Assembly (NCBI GenBank): GCA_002698665.1
Contig: NZZP01000036.1
Span: forward strand, 5,125-69,124
Reading direction: 5' to 3'
Origin: Gammaproteobacteria bacterium
GTDB taxonomy: Bacteria > Pseudomonadota > Gammaproteobacteria > GCA-002705445 > GCA-002716945
DNA: 64,000 bases
The notes beneath the pieces are model-generated. The model was not told where the DNA came from and searched no databases. It was given only the letters and a program-made list of their open reading frames with translations. Below, in pieces: positions 46,584 to 57,213 of the stretch (the first letter of the stretch is position 1; every line of letters begins with the position of its first letter). The translations under genes and the position numbers were made by a program.

Positions 46584-48614
46584 ATGAAGAAATTCAAATT
46601 GAAATCAATGTATAAGCCCGCTGGAGATCAACCTACTGCTATTTCTAGCCTAGTCAATGGAATAGATAACGGGGAATTACATCAGACACTTCTGGGGGTA
46701 ACTGGTTCAGGTAAAACATATACTATGGCAGAGATTATTGAGAGAACTGGGAAAACTACATTAATTATGGCACCTAATAAGACACTAGCAGCTCAGCTTT
46801 ATACTGAGATGAGAGATTTTTTTCCAGAAAACTCAGTTGAATATTTCGTATCATATTATGATTATTATCAGCCGGAAGCTTACGTACCAGTCTCTGATAC
46901 ATTTATTGAAAAAGATGCTTCTCTAAATGAACACATAGAACAAATGAGATTATCAGCAACAAAGTCTTTGACGGAAAGAAAAGATGCAATTGTAGTAGCT
47001 AGTGTATCTGCAATTTATGGTCTGGGTGATCCTGAAACATATTTAAAAATGAATTTACATTTAGTTGTTGGTGATTTAATAGATCAAAGAAAAATATTAT
47101 CAATGTTAGTGAATTTACAATATTCTAGAAATGATTTAGAACTTAGAAGAGGGACATATCAGGTAAAAGGTGAAATAATTGACATTTTCCCCGCTGATTC
47201 TGAAAAGGATGCCTTAAGGATTGAACTTTTTGATAAAGAAATTGAAAACATGTTTATTTTTGACCCTTTGACAGGAACTATACATAGGAAAGTAAAGAGA
47301 TTCACTGTATATCCCAAAACTCATTATGTGACTCCCAAAAATATTATGGATGATGCTGCAATTAAGATTAAGGAAGAGTTAAAAGATAGACTTATTTTTT
47401 TTCAAAAACAAAATAAACTGATAGAACTACAAAGATTAAGGGAGAGAACGAATTATGACCTAGAGATGATTGCAGAGATGGGTTATTGTTCAGGCATAGA
47501 AAACTATTCAAGGTATATATCACAGAGAGCTCCTGGCCAGCCACCACCATGCCTATTAGATTATTTGCCAAAAGATGGTCTAATTATACTTGATGAAAGC
47601 CATGTAAGTGTTCCGCAAATCGGAGGAATGTATAGAGGGGACAGGTCAAGAAAAGAGACATTAGTAGAATATGGATTTAGATTACCTTCCGCATTAGATA
47701 ACAGACCGCTAAAGTTTGAAGAATTTGAGGGTTACAATTTTCAAACAATATATGTATCTGCGACACCTGGTATATATGAATTAGAAAAATCAAATAAAAT
47801 TACTGAACAAGTAATTAGGCCTACAGGTCTTGTAGACCCTGTGGTAGAAGTAAAACCATCGTCAAACCAGGTTGAAGATGTATTATCTGAAATCAATAAG
47901 GTCTTAGATAACAAAAACAGAGTTTTGGTTACAACTTTAACAAAAAAAATGGCTGAAAATCTTACAGAATACTTGCAGGATTTTAATATAAAAGTTCGAT
48001 ATCTACACTCTGATATAAATACAGTAGAAAGGGTTGAAATCATAAGAGACCTAAGATTAGGAGAGTTTGATGTGTTGGTTGGTATAAATCTTCTTAGAGA
48101 AGGGCTAGATATACCTGAGGTTGAATTAGTTTGTATTTTAGATGCTGATAAAGAGGGATTTTTAAGATCAGATAGATCATTAATTCAGACAATAGGTAGG
48201 GCTGCCAGGAACATAGATGGCAGGGTGATACTATACGGCGATATTGTTACTAAATCTATGAAGACAGCTATGAGTGAAACAGAAAGAAGGAGGTCTATTC
48301 AACTTTCTTACAATAAATCTAATAATATTAAACCTGCTAGCATCAAAAAAGCAATAAAAGAAGCTCTTGATGAAGATGTATATGTATCTAATAAAAAATT
48401 AGATAAATTAACCTTGGTTTCAAATATTAAAAAGCAGTTCCCGAAAGTTAAGAGTGATAATGTAGTATCTGTCATCAAAGAATTAGAAAAAATAATGTTT
48501 AATCATGCTAAGGATTTAGAATTTGAAAAGGCAGCAAAACTAAGAGATCAAATTGAGACTTTACAGGCCAATTTTCTTGATATGCCTAATAAAAATAAAA
48601 GGAGTAAAAGATAA
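46584..48614 (+). CDS. uvrB: Excinuclease ABC subunit B
   Basis: Canonical UvrB (N-terminal FKL.S.Y.PAGDQP, Walker A GVTGSGKT, helicase motifs, C-terminal UVR domain). Confidence 0.9.
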   Translation: MKKFKLKSMYKPAGDQPTAISSLVNGIDNGELHQTLLGVTGSGKTYTMAEIIERTGKTTLIMAPNKTLAAQLYTEMRDFFPENSVEYFVSYYDYYQPEAYVPVSDTFIEKDASLNEHIEQMRLSATKSLTERKDAIVVASVSAIYGLGDPETYLKMNLHLVVGDLIDQRKILSMLVNLQYSRNDLELRRGTYQVKGEIIDIFPADSEKDALRIELFDKEIENMFIFDPLTGTIHRKVKRFTVYPKTHYVTPKNIMDDAAIKIKEELKDRLIFFQKQNKLIELQRLRERTNYDLEMIAEMGYCSGIENYSRYISQRAPGQPPPCLLDYLPKDGLIILDESHVSVPQIGGMYRGDRSRKETLVEYGFRLPSALDNRPLKFEEFEGYNFQTIYVSATPGIYELEKSNKITEQVIRPTGLVDPVVEVKPSSNQVEDVLSEINKVLDNKNRVLVTTLTKKMAENLTEYLQDFNIKVRYLHSDINTVERVEIIRDLRLGEFDVLVGINLLREGLDIPEVELVCILDADKEGFLRSDRSLIQTIGRAARNIDGRVILYGDIVTKSMKTAMSETERRRSIQLSYNKSNNIKPASIKKAIKEALDEDVYVSNKKLDKLTLVSNIKKQFPKVKSDNVVSVIKELEKIMFNHAKDLEFEKAAKLRDQIETLQANFLDMPNKNKRSKR

Positions 48615-48672
48615 TAATGTAAACTATAATAGCTTGAGAATACGTCGGCAGCATGTTAGTTTTACATGGATT

Positions 48673-48746
48673 AGGCGCGTAGCTCAGCTGGTTAGAGCGC
48701 CACCTTGACATGGTGGAGGTCGTTGGTTCGAGTCCAATCGTGCCTA
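48673..48746 (+). tRNA. tRNA-Val (anticodon GAC)
   Basis: AGGCGCG-TA-GCTC-AGCTGGTTA-GAGC-G-CCACC-TTGACAT-GGTGG-AGGTC-GTTGG-TTCGAGT-CCAAT-CGTGCCT-A. Near-identical core to E. coli valV/W. The acceptor stem has an A1-U72 pair. Confidence 0.85.
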
Positions 48747-48759
48747 GTTGATTTAAATT

Positions 48760-50670
48760 ATGTATAAAGTAAATATTGAAAATAATTTTTTTGAAATTGG
48801 AAAAAATCAATCAATAGAGAAGTTAATTGATGAACATTTTCCTTCATCCAATATTGTTGCAGCTAAAGTTGATAATAAGCTTGTTGATTTAAGCCACGTT
48901 ATTTCAAATGATTCAGTTATAGAGCTTGTTAAATCTTCTGACCCAGATGGGCTTAATATTATAAGACACACTTGTGCACATGTATTTGGACATGCTATCA
49001 AACAAATGTATCCAGAGACTAAAATGGTTATTGGTCCAACTATTGAAAATGGATTTTACTATGATATTGATTCTAAGACTACTATATCAGAAAAAGATTT
49101 GTCTGGGATTGAATCTTTAATGAAGAAATTAGCCAAGAAAAATTATAAAATTATAAGAGAAGTAGTAGATAGAAAAAAAGCCACTGATATATTTCAAAAA
49201 CGTAGTGAAGATCATAAGGTTGCATTAATCAAAGAAATTCCTGAAAAAGACATAATTGCTATCTACCATCATGAAGAATACATTGATATGTGTAGAGGAC
49301 CCCATTTAACTAGTACTAAATACTTAAATTATTTTAAATTAATGAAAGTGTCTGGCTCATACTTGAAAGGCGATTCATCTCAACAACAACTCCAAAGAAT
49401 TTATGGAACTGCGTGGGACACTAAAGATGGTTTAAAAAACTATCTTCAAAAACTTGAAGAAGCTGATAAAAGGGATCATCGTAAAATAGGTCAGAAATTA
49501 GATTTATTTCATTTTCAAGAAGAATCCCCAGGTATGGTTTTCTGGCATAGCAATGGCTGGAAGATATACTCAACTATTAAGAATTTTATGACTGATTATC
49601 TATTGGATAATAATTATGAAATTATTAACACACCGCAAATCTTAGATAAATCATTATGGAAAAACTCGGGGCATTTAGATAAGTTTTCTGATCTTATTTT
49701 TGGTGTATCTTCGGAAAGTAAAGAGTATGCAATCAAACCAATGAGTTGCCCTGGCCATATTCAAGTTTATAACCAAGGCTTAAAGAGTTACAAAGATTTA
49801 CCTATAAAACTAGCTGAATTTGGTTTAGTCCATAGGAATGAGCCTTCTGGCACCCTTCATGGGCTTATGAGAATAAGAGCCTTTACTCAAGACGATGCTC
49901 ATATATTTTGTATGCCTGAGCAAATTGAGGATGAGATCAAATGTTTAATTAAAGATATTTATGACATATACAGTAAGTTTGGTTTTAATAATATTTTTGT
50001 TGAATTATCAACTAGACCTGAAAAGCGTGTCGGAAGTGATGAAATATGGGATAAGTCTGAGAACGCCCTTAAATCTGCATTAGACACCTGCAAAATAGAT
50101 TGGAAGATTAATAAAGCAGATGGAGCATTTTATGGCCCTAAAATAGATTTTTCTCTTAAAGACTCTTTAGATAGAGTATGGCAACTTGGAACAATTCAAC
50201 TCGACTTTTCGATGCCTGCTAGATTAGGTGCAAGTTATATATCTACAAATGGTGATAAAATTCCGCCAGTCATGATTCATAGGGCAATTTTAGGATCCTT
50301 AGAGAGATTTGTCGGTATTCTTCTTGAAGAATATGCTGGTGATATGCCACTTTGGCTAGCACCGACCCAGGTAGCTATCCTAAATATATCTGAGAATCAA
50401 ATTAATCAATGTCAAAAGATTGATAAAAAACTTAGACAAAATGGGATGAGAACAATAACAGATTTTAGAAATGAAAAAATTAGTTATAAAATTAGGGAAT
50501 ATAGTATGATGAGGGTTCCATATTTAGCTATTATTGGTGATAAAGAGGTGGAACGAAATACAATTTCTTTAAGGCTGAGAACAGGTGAGGATATTGGTAT
50601 CATGGATGTTGATAAATTTATTAAAATGGTAGAAACTTTAGTAGAAGATAAATCAATTAATTTAAAATAA
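48760..50670 (+). CDS. thrS: Threonyl-tRNA synthetase
   Basis: TGS, editing and class II catalytic domains (CRGPHL, FYGPKIDF). thrS-infC-rpmI-rplT-pheST-ihfA order. Confidence 0.9.
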   Translation: MYKVNIENNFFEIGKNQSIEKLIDEHFPSSNIVAAKVDNKLVDLSHVISNDSVIELVKSSDPDGLNIIRHTCAHVFGHAIKQMYPETKMVIGPTIENGFYYDIDSKTTISEKDLSGIESLMKKLAKKNYKIIREVVDRKKATDIFQKRSEDHKVALIKEIPEKDIIAIYHHEEYIDMCRGPHLTSTKYLNYFKLMKVSGSYLKGDSSQQQLQRIYGTAWDTKDGLKNYLQKLEEADKRDHRKIGQKLDLFHFQEESPGMVFWHSNGWKIYSTIKNFMTDYLLDNNYEIINTPQILDKSLWKNSGHLDKFSDLIFGVSSESKEYAIKPMSCPGHIQVYNQGLKSYKDLPIKLAEFGLVHRNEPSGTLHGLMRIRAFTQDDAHIFCMPEQIEDEIKCLIKDIYDIYSKFGFNNIFVELSTRPEKRVGSDEIWDKSENALKSALDTCKIDWKINKADGAFYGPKIDFSLKDSLDRVWQLGTIQLDFSMPARLGASYISTNGDKIPPVMIHRAILGSLERFVGILLEEYAGDMPLWLAPTQVAILNISENQINQCQKIDKKLRQNGMRTITDFRNEKISYKIREYSMMRVPYLAIIGDKEVERNTISLRLRTGEDIGIMDVDKFIKMVETLVEDKSINLK

Positions 50671-50685
50671 ATTAGGAGTGAAGTT

Positions 50686-51201
50686 ATAGCAAATAATAAA
50701 AGACTTAGGATGAATGCAAGAATTACTGCAGATAAAGTAAGACTTATAGCATCAAATGGGGATCAAATTGGCGTAGTTGACTCATCTAAAGCCCTTGATT
50801 TAGCACAACAAGAAGACCTAGATCTTGTTGAAATAGTCCCAAATCAAAAACCGCCTGTATGTAGAATAATGGATTATGGGAAGTATAAGTTTGAGAGTCA
50901 GAAAAAAGCCCATGCAGCTAAAAAGAAACAAAAACAGACACAAGTAAAAGAAATTAAGTTTAGACCAAATACAGAAGAAGCGGATTATCAAGTAAAACTT
51001 AAAAGCCTAATAAAATTTCTTAGTGGTGGCGATAAGGCAAAAATAACCATGCGCTTTAGAGGTAGAGAAATTGCCCACCAGGTTATCGGTAGAGACTTTC
51101 TAGATAGAGTTCAAAAAGATTTAGATGATTATGGAATTGTAGAGCAAATTCCATCATTTGAAGGAAGACAAATGGTAATGGTTATAGCGCCGAAGAAATA
51201 A
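50686..51201 (+). CDS. infC: Translation initiation factor IF-3, probable non-AUG (AUA or AUU) start
   Basis: The body is near-identical to E. coli IF3 ([28 protein letters not shown]). The only strong SD (AGGAG, 50674-50678) lies 7 nt upstream of an in-frame ATA at 50686. The first ATG (50710) has no spacer to any SD. Confidence 0.75.
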   Translation: MANNKRLRMNARITADKVRLIASNGDQIGVVDSSKALDLAQQEDLDLVEIVPNQKPPVCRIMDYGKYKFESQKKAHAAKKKQKQTQVKEIKFRPNTEEADYQVKLKSLIKFLSGGDKAKITMRFRGREIAHQVIGRDFLDRVQKDLDDYGIVEQIPSFEGRQMVMVIAPKK

Positions 51202-51242
51202 TTACTGTATACTTGTATCGTTTTAGATTAAAAGAGGTAATT

Positions 51243-51437
51243 ATGCCAAAAATGAAAAGTAATAGTGGGGCTGCTAAGAGATTCAAGAAGACGCCATCTG
51301 GAGAGTTGAAGAGAGCTCAATCACATAGAAGGCATATTTTGACAAAAAAAAGCACAAAACGTAAAAGACATTTGAGAGATGATTTATTGATTAGTAAGGC
51401 TGATAAGGCCTTGGTCAAAAAAATGTTACCATACTAA
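51243..51437 (+). CDS. rpmI: 50S ribosomal protein L35
   Basis: [17 protein letters not shown] behind an AAAGAGG ribosome-binding site. The track ORF starts 10 codons too early. Confidence 0.85.
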   Translation: MPKMKSNSGAAKRFKKTPSGELKRAQSHRRHILTKKSTKRKRHLRDDLLISKADKALVKKMLPY

Positions 51438-51448
51438 AGGAGTAAATT

Positions 51449-51802
51449 ATGGCCCGTGTAAAACGTGGTGTAGTAGCACATGCTAGACACAAGAAAATAC
51501 TAAAATTAGCTAAAGGGTACAGAGGCGCTAGGAGTCGTGTATATAGAGTTGCTAAGCAGGCTGTAATTAAAGCTGGTCAGTATGCATACATTGGACGCAA
51601 ACAAAGAAAAAGGCAATTTAGATCATTATGGATTACAAAAATAAATGCCGCTGCTAGACAGAACAATATGTCATATAGTCAGTTGATGAACCAATTAAAA
51701 AAGGCTGATATAACTATTAACCGTAAAATGCTGGCCGACTTAGCAGTCAATAATGCAGCTAGTTTTACAGCAATAGTTAATTCTATAGCTGCACAAAAAT
51801 AA
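51449..51802 (+). CDS. rplT: 50S ribosomal protein L20
   Basis: [19 protein letters not shown] is canonical L20. Confidence 0.9.
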   Translation: MARVKRGVVAHARHKKILKLAKGYRGARSRVYRVAKQAVIKAGQYAYIGRKQRKRQFRSLWITKINAAARQNNMSYSQLMNQLKKADITINRKMLADLAVNNAASFTAIVNSIAAQK

Positions 51803-51813
51803 ATTTTACTGTT

Positions 51814-52794
51814 GTGTCGCAGCATTATAATTCATTAATATCCGAACTTAGAAAAACCGTTGATGACTGTGAGTCACAACATGATTTAATGAATGTTAAA
51901 TCTAAATACCTTGGCAAAAAAGGATTAATCACTATTGAGTTTGAAAGTCTCAGAGCTGCTCAAGATGATGAAAAAAAAGAGCTTGGAAGACTATTAAATG
52001 ACCTTAAAAATACCGCATTAGAAATAATAAATGAAAAACAAAACTCATTAATTAATAATCTTTCATTAGATAATAAAATAGATGTTACATTGCCTGGCAA
52101 AAATATATCTATTGGGTCAAGGCACCCTGTATCAATAGTAATAAATGAGATTACTGAAATATTATCTCATTATGGCTTTACACAGGAAACAGGATTAGAA
52201 ATTGAGGATGAATTTCATAATTTTGAAGCATTAAATATACCATCCACTCATCCAGCTAGAGATATGCATGATACATTCTATGTTGATAACAATAAATTAT
52301 TAAGAACTCACACGTCTTCAGTTCAAATAAGATCAATGAAAAACTCAAAACCACCTATAAAGATTATGACACCTGGCAAAGTTTACAGATGTGATTCTGA
52401 TCCTACTCATTCTCCGATGTTCCATCAAATAGAGGGTTTACATATTGATTCAAATATTAATTTCTGTCACCTAAAAGGTGTATTAAAAGATTTTATAGAT
52501 GAGTTTTTTGGAAGAAAGACTGAGATAAGATTTAGGCCATCTTATTTTCCTTTTACGGAACCATCAGCAGAACTTGATATTAAATTTAATGGTAGGTGGC
52601 TAGAAGTTTTAGGGTGTGGGATGGTTCACCCCAATGTTTTGCGTAATGTAGGGATTAACTCCAAAAATTACTCAGGCTATGCTTTTGGTTTAGGTATTGA
52701 AAGATTTGCAATGCTTAAGTTTGGCATAAAAGATTTAAGGATGTTTTATGAAAATGACTTATCATTTCTCGCTCAATTTGAAGGTCTAAAATAG
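51814..52794 (+). CDS. pheS: Phenylalanyl-tRNA synthetase alpha subunit (GTG start)
   Basis: Class II motifs (FRPSYFPFTEPS, GCGMVHPNV). The start codon at 51814 is GTG. Confidence 0.9.
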   Translation: MSQHYNSLISELRKTVDDCESQHDLMNVKSKYLGKKGLITIEFESLRAAQDDEKKELGRLLNDLKNTALEIINEKQNSLINNLSLDNKIDVTLPGKNISIGSRHPVSIVINEITEILSHYGFTQETGLEIEDEFHNFEALNIPSTHPARDMHDTFYVDNNKLLRTHTSSVQIRSMKNSKPPIKIMTPGKVYRCDSDPTHSPMFHQIEGLHIDSNINFCHLKGVLKDFIDEFFGRKTEIRFRPSYFPFTEPSAELDIKFNGRWLEVLGCGMVHPNVLRNVGINSKNYSGYAFGLGIERFAMLKFGIKDLRMFYENDLSFLAQFEGLK

Positions 52795-52796
52795 TC

Positions 52797-54812
52797 ATGA
52801 AAGTTAGTTATAATTGGATTAAAGAGTTTGTGCCAGGCATAAAGAAGAATAACATATCAGATCAACTTACATCACTTGGTTTAGAAGTTTCCTCTGCTAT
52901 TTATAAAAATAATGATTTAATTTTAGATATAGATTTAACTCCTAATAGAGCTGATTGTTTATCTGTAATTGGAATTTCTAAAGATTTAAGATCAATACAT
53001 AAAACAATGATAAAAGAGCCCTTATATAAAAAACTTCACGGTGTAAGCTCAAAAAAATCTATTTTGAAAGTTGATAAAAAGATATCATCGAATTATAACT
53101 TACTCACAATAAGTAATATTAATAACAAAATTAGTACACCAAAATTTATTATTAATCGTCTAAGTGCTTCACAAATAAAGCATGTTAATTTTATTGTTGA
53201 TATCTTAAATTATGTGATGCTTGAAAATGGACAGCCCATGCATGCGTTTGATAAAGATAAATTTAATGGTAAAGTTAATGTTAGATTCGCAAAAAAAAAT
53301 GAAAAAATTAATGCATTAGATTCTAACTTATATAATTTAGAAAATGATATGCCTGTTATTGCAGATGATTGTAATGTTCATGCAATAGCTGGGATTATTG
53401 GATCGACCTATTCATCTATAACAAAGTCTACTAAAAACTTAATGATTGAGTCTGCATTTTTTGATCCTAATATAGTAAGAAGGACTGCCAAAACTTTAAG
53501 AATTCAAACCGATGCATCGCATAGATTTGAAAGAGGTGTAGATCCTACTTTGGGTAAATACGCTATCATGCGAGTATTTTATCTTTTAGCAAAGTATTCT
53601 ACATATGACAATTATTGTTATGATGTTAGAACTGCAAATAATCTACCTGTACATATTCAAAAAAAAATTAAAATTGAGTTTAATCATATAAAAGATTTGC
53701 TTGGTGTGAATCTAGATAATAAATTTATAGTTAGAACATTAACACTATTAAATTTTAAGCCCAGTGTTACAAAAAATAGTATCACTGTTCGTGTTCCAAG
53801 TAATAGATTTGATATAAATATACCTGAAGACTTGATTGAAGAGATAGCTAGAGTCTATGGTTATGATAATATTACCTCTACCCCTGACATAACTCAAAAA
53901 AAGATATCCAATAATACCGCAAATCAATTAAATAATTATCTAAATATATTTGTCACGAGAGGGTACAACGAAGTTATATCGTTTAGCTTGCTACCAAGAA
54001 ATATACAAAAATTCTCCAGCAGTGATAAAAATATTATTTCTATTCAAAATCCTATATCTGAAGATAAATCTGAGTTAAGAACAAGTATGATTTACAGTAT
54101 GATTGATACATATAAATATAATGCTACTAGACAGCAGTTTAATATAAAGATTTTTGAATCTGGGAAAATATATAAATCTCAAAAGAAAAAAATAATTGAA
54201 ACTAATATAATCAGTGGCTTATTATCAGGATTAAATTCTGGTTTTAATCTTAAAGCTGATCAAAATCTTATTGACTTCTTTGATATGAAGGGTGATTTAA
54301 TGAGTATATTTCATAATATTACTTTTAAGCCCTCTAATTCTTTAGATTATCTAGAAAAAAGTAGTCAAGCTATGATATATCAGAATAAAAAACTTGTAGG
54401 GCATTGTGGAGAGGTAAAGAAATCCCTGTATAGTGATATTTCTCGCAAATACCCTTTATACTTTTTTGAGATTTTGCCAGATAATCTACATCACACAGTA
54501 GATGTAAAATATAATGAGATATCAATTTTTCCAAAGGTCAAGAGAGATTTAACTATTTTACTTGATGATAAAATTTCAGGACAAGATATAATAGATAAAG
54601 TAGAAAGAATGTCACTTAAACAACTGAAAAATATTAGAATAAGTGATATATTTTATAATGAGAAAGATTTTAGAACAAACGAAAAAAGCATGACCTTCGA
54701 GTTAATTTTTCAGGATAAGAAGTCTACTCTTACAGATAAAAAAGTAAATAATCTAATGATACTTATCACGCAAGAAGTACAAAAGCATCTAGAGGTTAAA
54801 ATTAGAAGTTAA
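52797..54812 (+). CDS. pheT: Phenylalanyl-tRNA synthetase beta subunit (short, 671 aa)
   Basis: B3/B4, B5 and FDX-ACB domain order, directly after pheS. The N-terminal tRNA-binding domain appears reduced. Confidence 0.85.
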   Translation: MKVSYNWIKEFVPGIKKNNISDQLTSLGLEVSSAIYKNNDLILDIDLTPNRADCLSVIGISKDLRSIHKTMIKEPLYKKLHGVSSKKSILKVDKKISSNYNLLTISNINNKISTPKFIINRLSASQIKHVNFIVDILNYVMLENGQPMHAFDKDKFNGKVNVRFAKKNEKINALDSNLYNLENDMPVIADDCNVHAIAGIIGSTYSSITKSTKNLMIESAFFDPNIVRRTAKTLRIQTDASHRFERGVDPTLGKYAIMRVFYLLAKYSTYDNYCYDVRTANNLPVHIQKKIKIEFNHIKDLLGVNLDNKFIVRTLTLLNFKPSVTKNSITVRVPSNRFDINIPEDLIEEIARVYGYDNITSTPDITQKKISNNTANQLNNYLNIFVTRGYNEVISFSLLPRNIQKFSSSDKNIISIQNPISEDKSELRTSMIYSMIDTYKYNATRQQFNIKIFESGKIYKSQKKKIIETNIISGLLSGLNSGFNLKADQNLIDFFDMKGDLMSIFHNITFKPSNSLDYLEKSSQAMIYQNKKLVGHCGEVKKSLYSDISRKYPLYFFEILPDNLHHTVDVKYNEISIFPKVKRDLTILLDDKISGQDIIDKVERMSLKQLKNIRISDIFYNEKDFRTNEKSMTFELIFQDKKSTLTDKKVNNLMILITQEVQKHLEVKIRS

Positions 54813-54814
54813 TT

Positions 54815-55114
54815 ATGACTATTACTAAAAACTCACTTGTAGAAATCATACATAATGAGGTTGGCCTCAATAAGAGGGAAGCAAAAGAGTTTATTGAGGA
54901 ATTCTTTGAGATGATTAAATCAACATTGGAGGAAGGTAATGATATTAAATTCTCTGGGTTTGGTAATTTTATACTCAGAGATAAAGTTGCTAGGCCAGGA
55001 AGAAATCCTAAAACAGGAGAAGAGGTTGTTATATCAGAACGGCGTGTAGTCACATTTAAGTCAGGGCTGAAGCTTAAAAATAAATTAGAAGCTTATGATG
55101 GAAAATCAGAATAA
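54815..55114 (+). CDS. ihfA: Integration host factor alpha subunit
   Basis: HU/IHF fold with the IHF-alpha signature ([24 protein letters not shown]). Confidence 0.85.
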   Translation: MTITKNSLVEIIHNEVGLNKREAKEFIEEFFEMIKSTLEEGNDIKFSGFGNFILRDKVARPGRNPKTGEEVVISERRVVTFKSGLKLKNKLEAYDGKSE

Positions 55115-55454
55115 TAATATTTCGATTGATATACCTAATAAGAGGTATTTTACTATTGGTGAAGCCTCTAAAATCTGTAGAATAAAACCTCATGTGCTGA
55201 GATATTGGGAACAAGAATTTAAGGAATTAGAACCGATAAAGAGAAAAGGAAATAGGAGATACTATCAACAAAGAGACATTCTCTTGGTACTTCAAATTCG
55301 TGATCTTTTACAAAACCAGGGTTATACCATAGACGGTGCTAAAAACATGCTCAATAAGCCTCTTAACAAAACATCTACTTCAACAAATAACAAACAAGTT
55401 ATTTCACAAATCAAATCAGACCTTGAGAAGATTATTTCTATTTTAAAAAGATAA
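55095..55454 (+). CDS. MerR family transcriptional regulator (HTH only, no metal-binding domain)
   Basis: MerR-type HTH ([25 protein letters not shown]). Pseudomonas also carries a small MerR-like gene after ihfA. Confidence 0.65.
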   Translation: MMENQNNNISIDIPNKRYFTIGEASKICRIKPHVLRYWEQEFKELEPIKRKGNRRYYQQRDILLVLQIRDLLQNQGYTIDGAKNMLNKPLNKTSTSTNNKQVISQIKSDLEKIISILKR

Positions 55455-55456
55455 TA

Positions 55457-56092
55457 ATGATTTCGGCATTTAAAGAAAAATACCGATACTCAAAATATCA
55501 TATTAATAAAGTTGATGGACTGAGATATTACTCTATTTCAGAGAATTTAAACGTTCCAAGTGTTACTAGTATATTGAAAAAGACAAGCTCTGATAAATGG
55601 TATGAGTCATTGCATGTTTCTGACTCAATTGAGATTGGTAATTATATGCATACTTATTTAAATCACTATATCTCAAAAAATAATGATTTTGTTATTGAAT
55701 CTAAGAATTATTCAATTGCAAAAAAGTTAGCTCAAATTGTTATTGATAATCTAATAGTAGAGCTTGATGAAGTATGGGGGTCTGAGGCCACAGTTCTTTA
55801 TAAAGAACAATATGCCGGCACTATTGATCTTATTGGGGTAATTGATGGTAAGGTTACATTAATTGATTACAAATCATCTTATAGGAGAAAAAATGAAAAT
55901 GAGATCAATGAATACTTTTTGCAGCTAGCGGCATATGCATTAGCTCATGACTGGCAATACCATACCAAAATTGAATCAATTATAGTATTCTTAGCTATAA
56001 GAAATGGTGATTTTGAAAAAATTATAATTAATGATGAATTATATAAATATAAAGAAAAATGGTTAAGTAGGCTCGAAGAGTTTTTAGGGTAG
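55457..56092 (+). CDS. PD-(D/E)XK nuclease superfamily protein, RecB/Cas4-like core without Fe-S cysteines
   Basis: Ordered motifs GTIDLIG (motif II Asp), LIDYKSS (motif III D/E-x-K) and QLAAYALA (QxxxY). The protein has no cysteines. Confidence 0.55.
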   Translation: MISAFKEKYRYSKYHINKVDGLRYYSISENLNVPSVTSILKKTSSDKWYESLHVSDSIEIGNYMHTYLNHYISKNNDFVIESKNYSIAKKLAQIVIDNLIVELDEVWGSEATVLYKEQYAGTIDLIGVIDGKVTLIDYKSSYRRKNENEINEYFLQLAAYALAHDWQYHTKIESIIVFLAIRNGDFEKIIINDELYKYKEKWLSRLEEFLG

Positions 56093-56102
56093 TATTATAA
56101 AA

Positions 56103-57213
56103 ATGATTAATTTAGAAGATATGTTAGAACAAACTAAAGATTTCGCTAAAAGGCTTTCCGAAATCCGGAGGTTAGTTTGACTATGATGGTATAAGGTCTC
56201 GTATTGACAATCTAAACACAGATTTGTCATCTGAAGAGATATGGTCAAATAAATATAAAATGTTAGAGTTACAGAGGGAGTTAAAAAACCAGCAAAACAT
56301 CTTAAAAAATATTTCTGATATTCAGAGTAATATTGAACTCGTTGAATATACTATTAAGTCTCTTATTGATGAAAATCAATTGGATAATAATGATGATATT
56401 ATTAACGAAATGCGTGATATATCAAAACATCTTTCTAAAGACATTGTTTGTATCGAAACAACACTGCTATTTAAAAATAAAGAAGACTTCTATGATGCCT
56501 ATATTGATATTCAGTCAGGGTCTGGTGGCACAGAAGCACAAGATTGGGTTTCAATGCTACTTAGAATGTATACACGCTGGCTAGATAACAAAGGTTTTAA
56601 ACATGATATTATAGATCTTTCTGAGGGTGAGATAGCTGGTTATAAGAGTGTAACAATTAAAGTTATAGGTGATTATGCATATGGTTGGCTGAGAACAGAA
56701 ACAGGAGTACACCGTCTAGTCAGAAAATCTCCATTTGATTCGGGGAGCAGGAGACATACCTCATTTGCATCAGTGTTCGTTTATCCACAGATTAACGAAG
56801 ATATTGAGGTGAGTATCAACCCTACTGATTTAAGAATTGATGTTTACAGAGCAAGTGGCGCAGGTGGTCAACATGTAAACACTACTGAGTCAGCAGTTAG
56901 AATTACTCATATCCCTAGTAAGATTGTTACTCAATGCCAGAATGATAGATCTCAACACAAAAATAAAGAAAGCGCTATGAAACAATTACGTGCTAAACTA
57001 TATTTATATGAACTTAATAAACAGAATGAAATAAAAAACAAAGTTGAATCAGAAAAATCAGATATTTCATGGGGTAATCAAATTAGGTCATATATATTAG
57101 ATGACTCAAGAATAAAAGACCTACGAACTAAACATGAAACAGGTAATATTCAAGCTATATTGGATGGTGATCTGGATGAATTTATAGAAAAAAGTTTAAA
57201 AGAAGGACTATAA
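56103..57213 (+). CDS. prfB: Peptide chain release factor 2, requires programmed +1 ribosomal frameshift at codon 26
   Basis: Frame 0 (ATG 56103) reads MINLEDMLEQTKDFAKRLSEIRRLV then in-frame TGA (56178). The +1 frame continues DYDGIRSRIDNL ... through the SPF, GGQ (GAGGQHVNTTESAVRITHIP) and Q-methylation motifs, aligned to E. coli RF2. An SD-like GGAGG lies 3 nt upstream of the slip codon. Confidence 0.8.
56167..56181 (+). promoter_or_regulatory. prfB autoregulatory +1 frameshift cassette: internal SD GGAGG, 3 nt spacer, GUU UGA C
   Basis: Same architecture as the E. coli AGGGGG-uau-CUU UGA C cassette, but with GUU as the slip codon. Confidence 0.7.

Noticed and set aside
56224-57213. Track ORF for RF2 beginning at internal Met (MSSEEIW...)
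   Set aside because: This start is an artifact of the programmed +1 frameshift. The true gene begins at 56103 in frame 0 and shifts at 56178.
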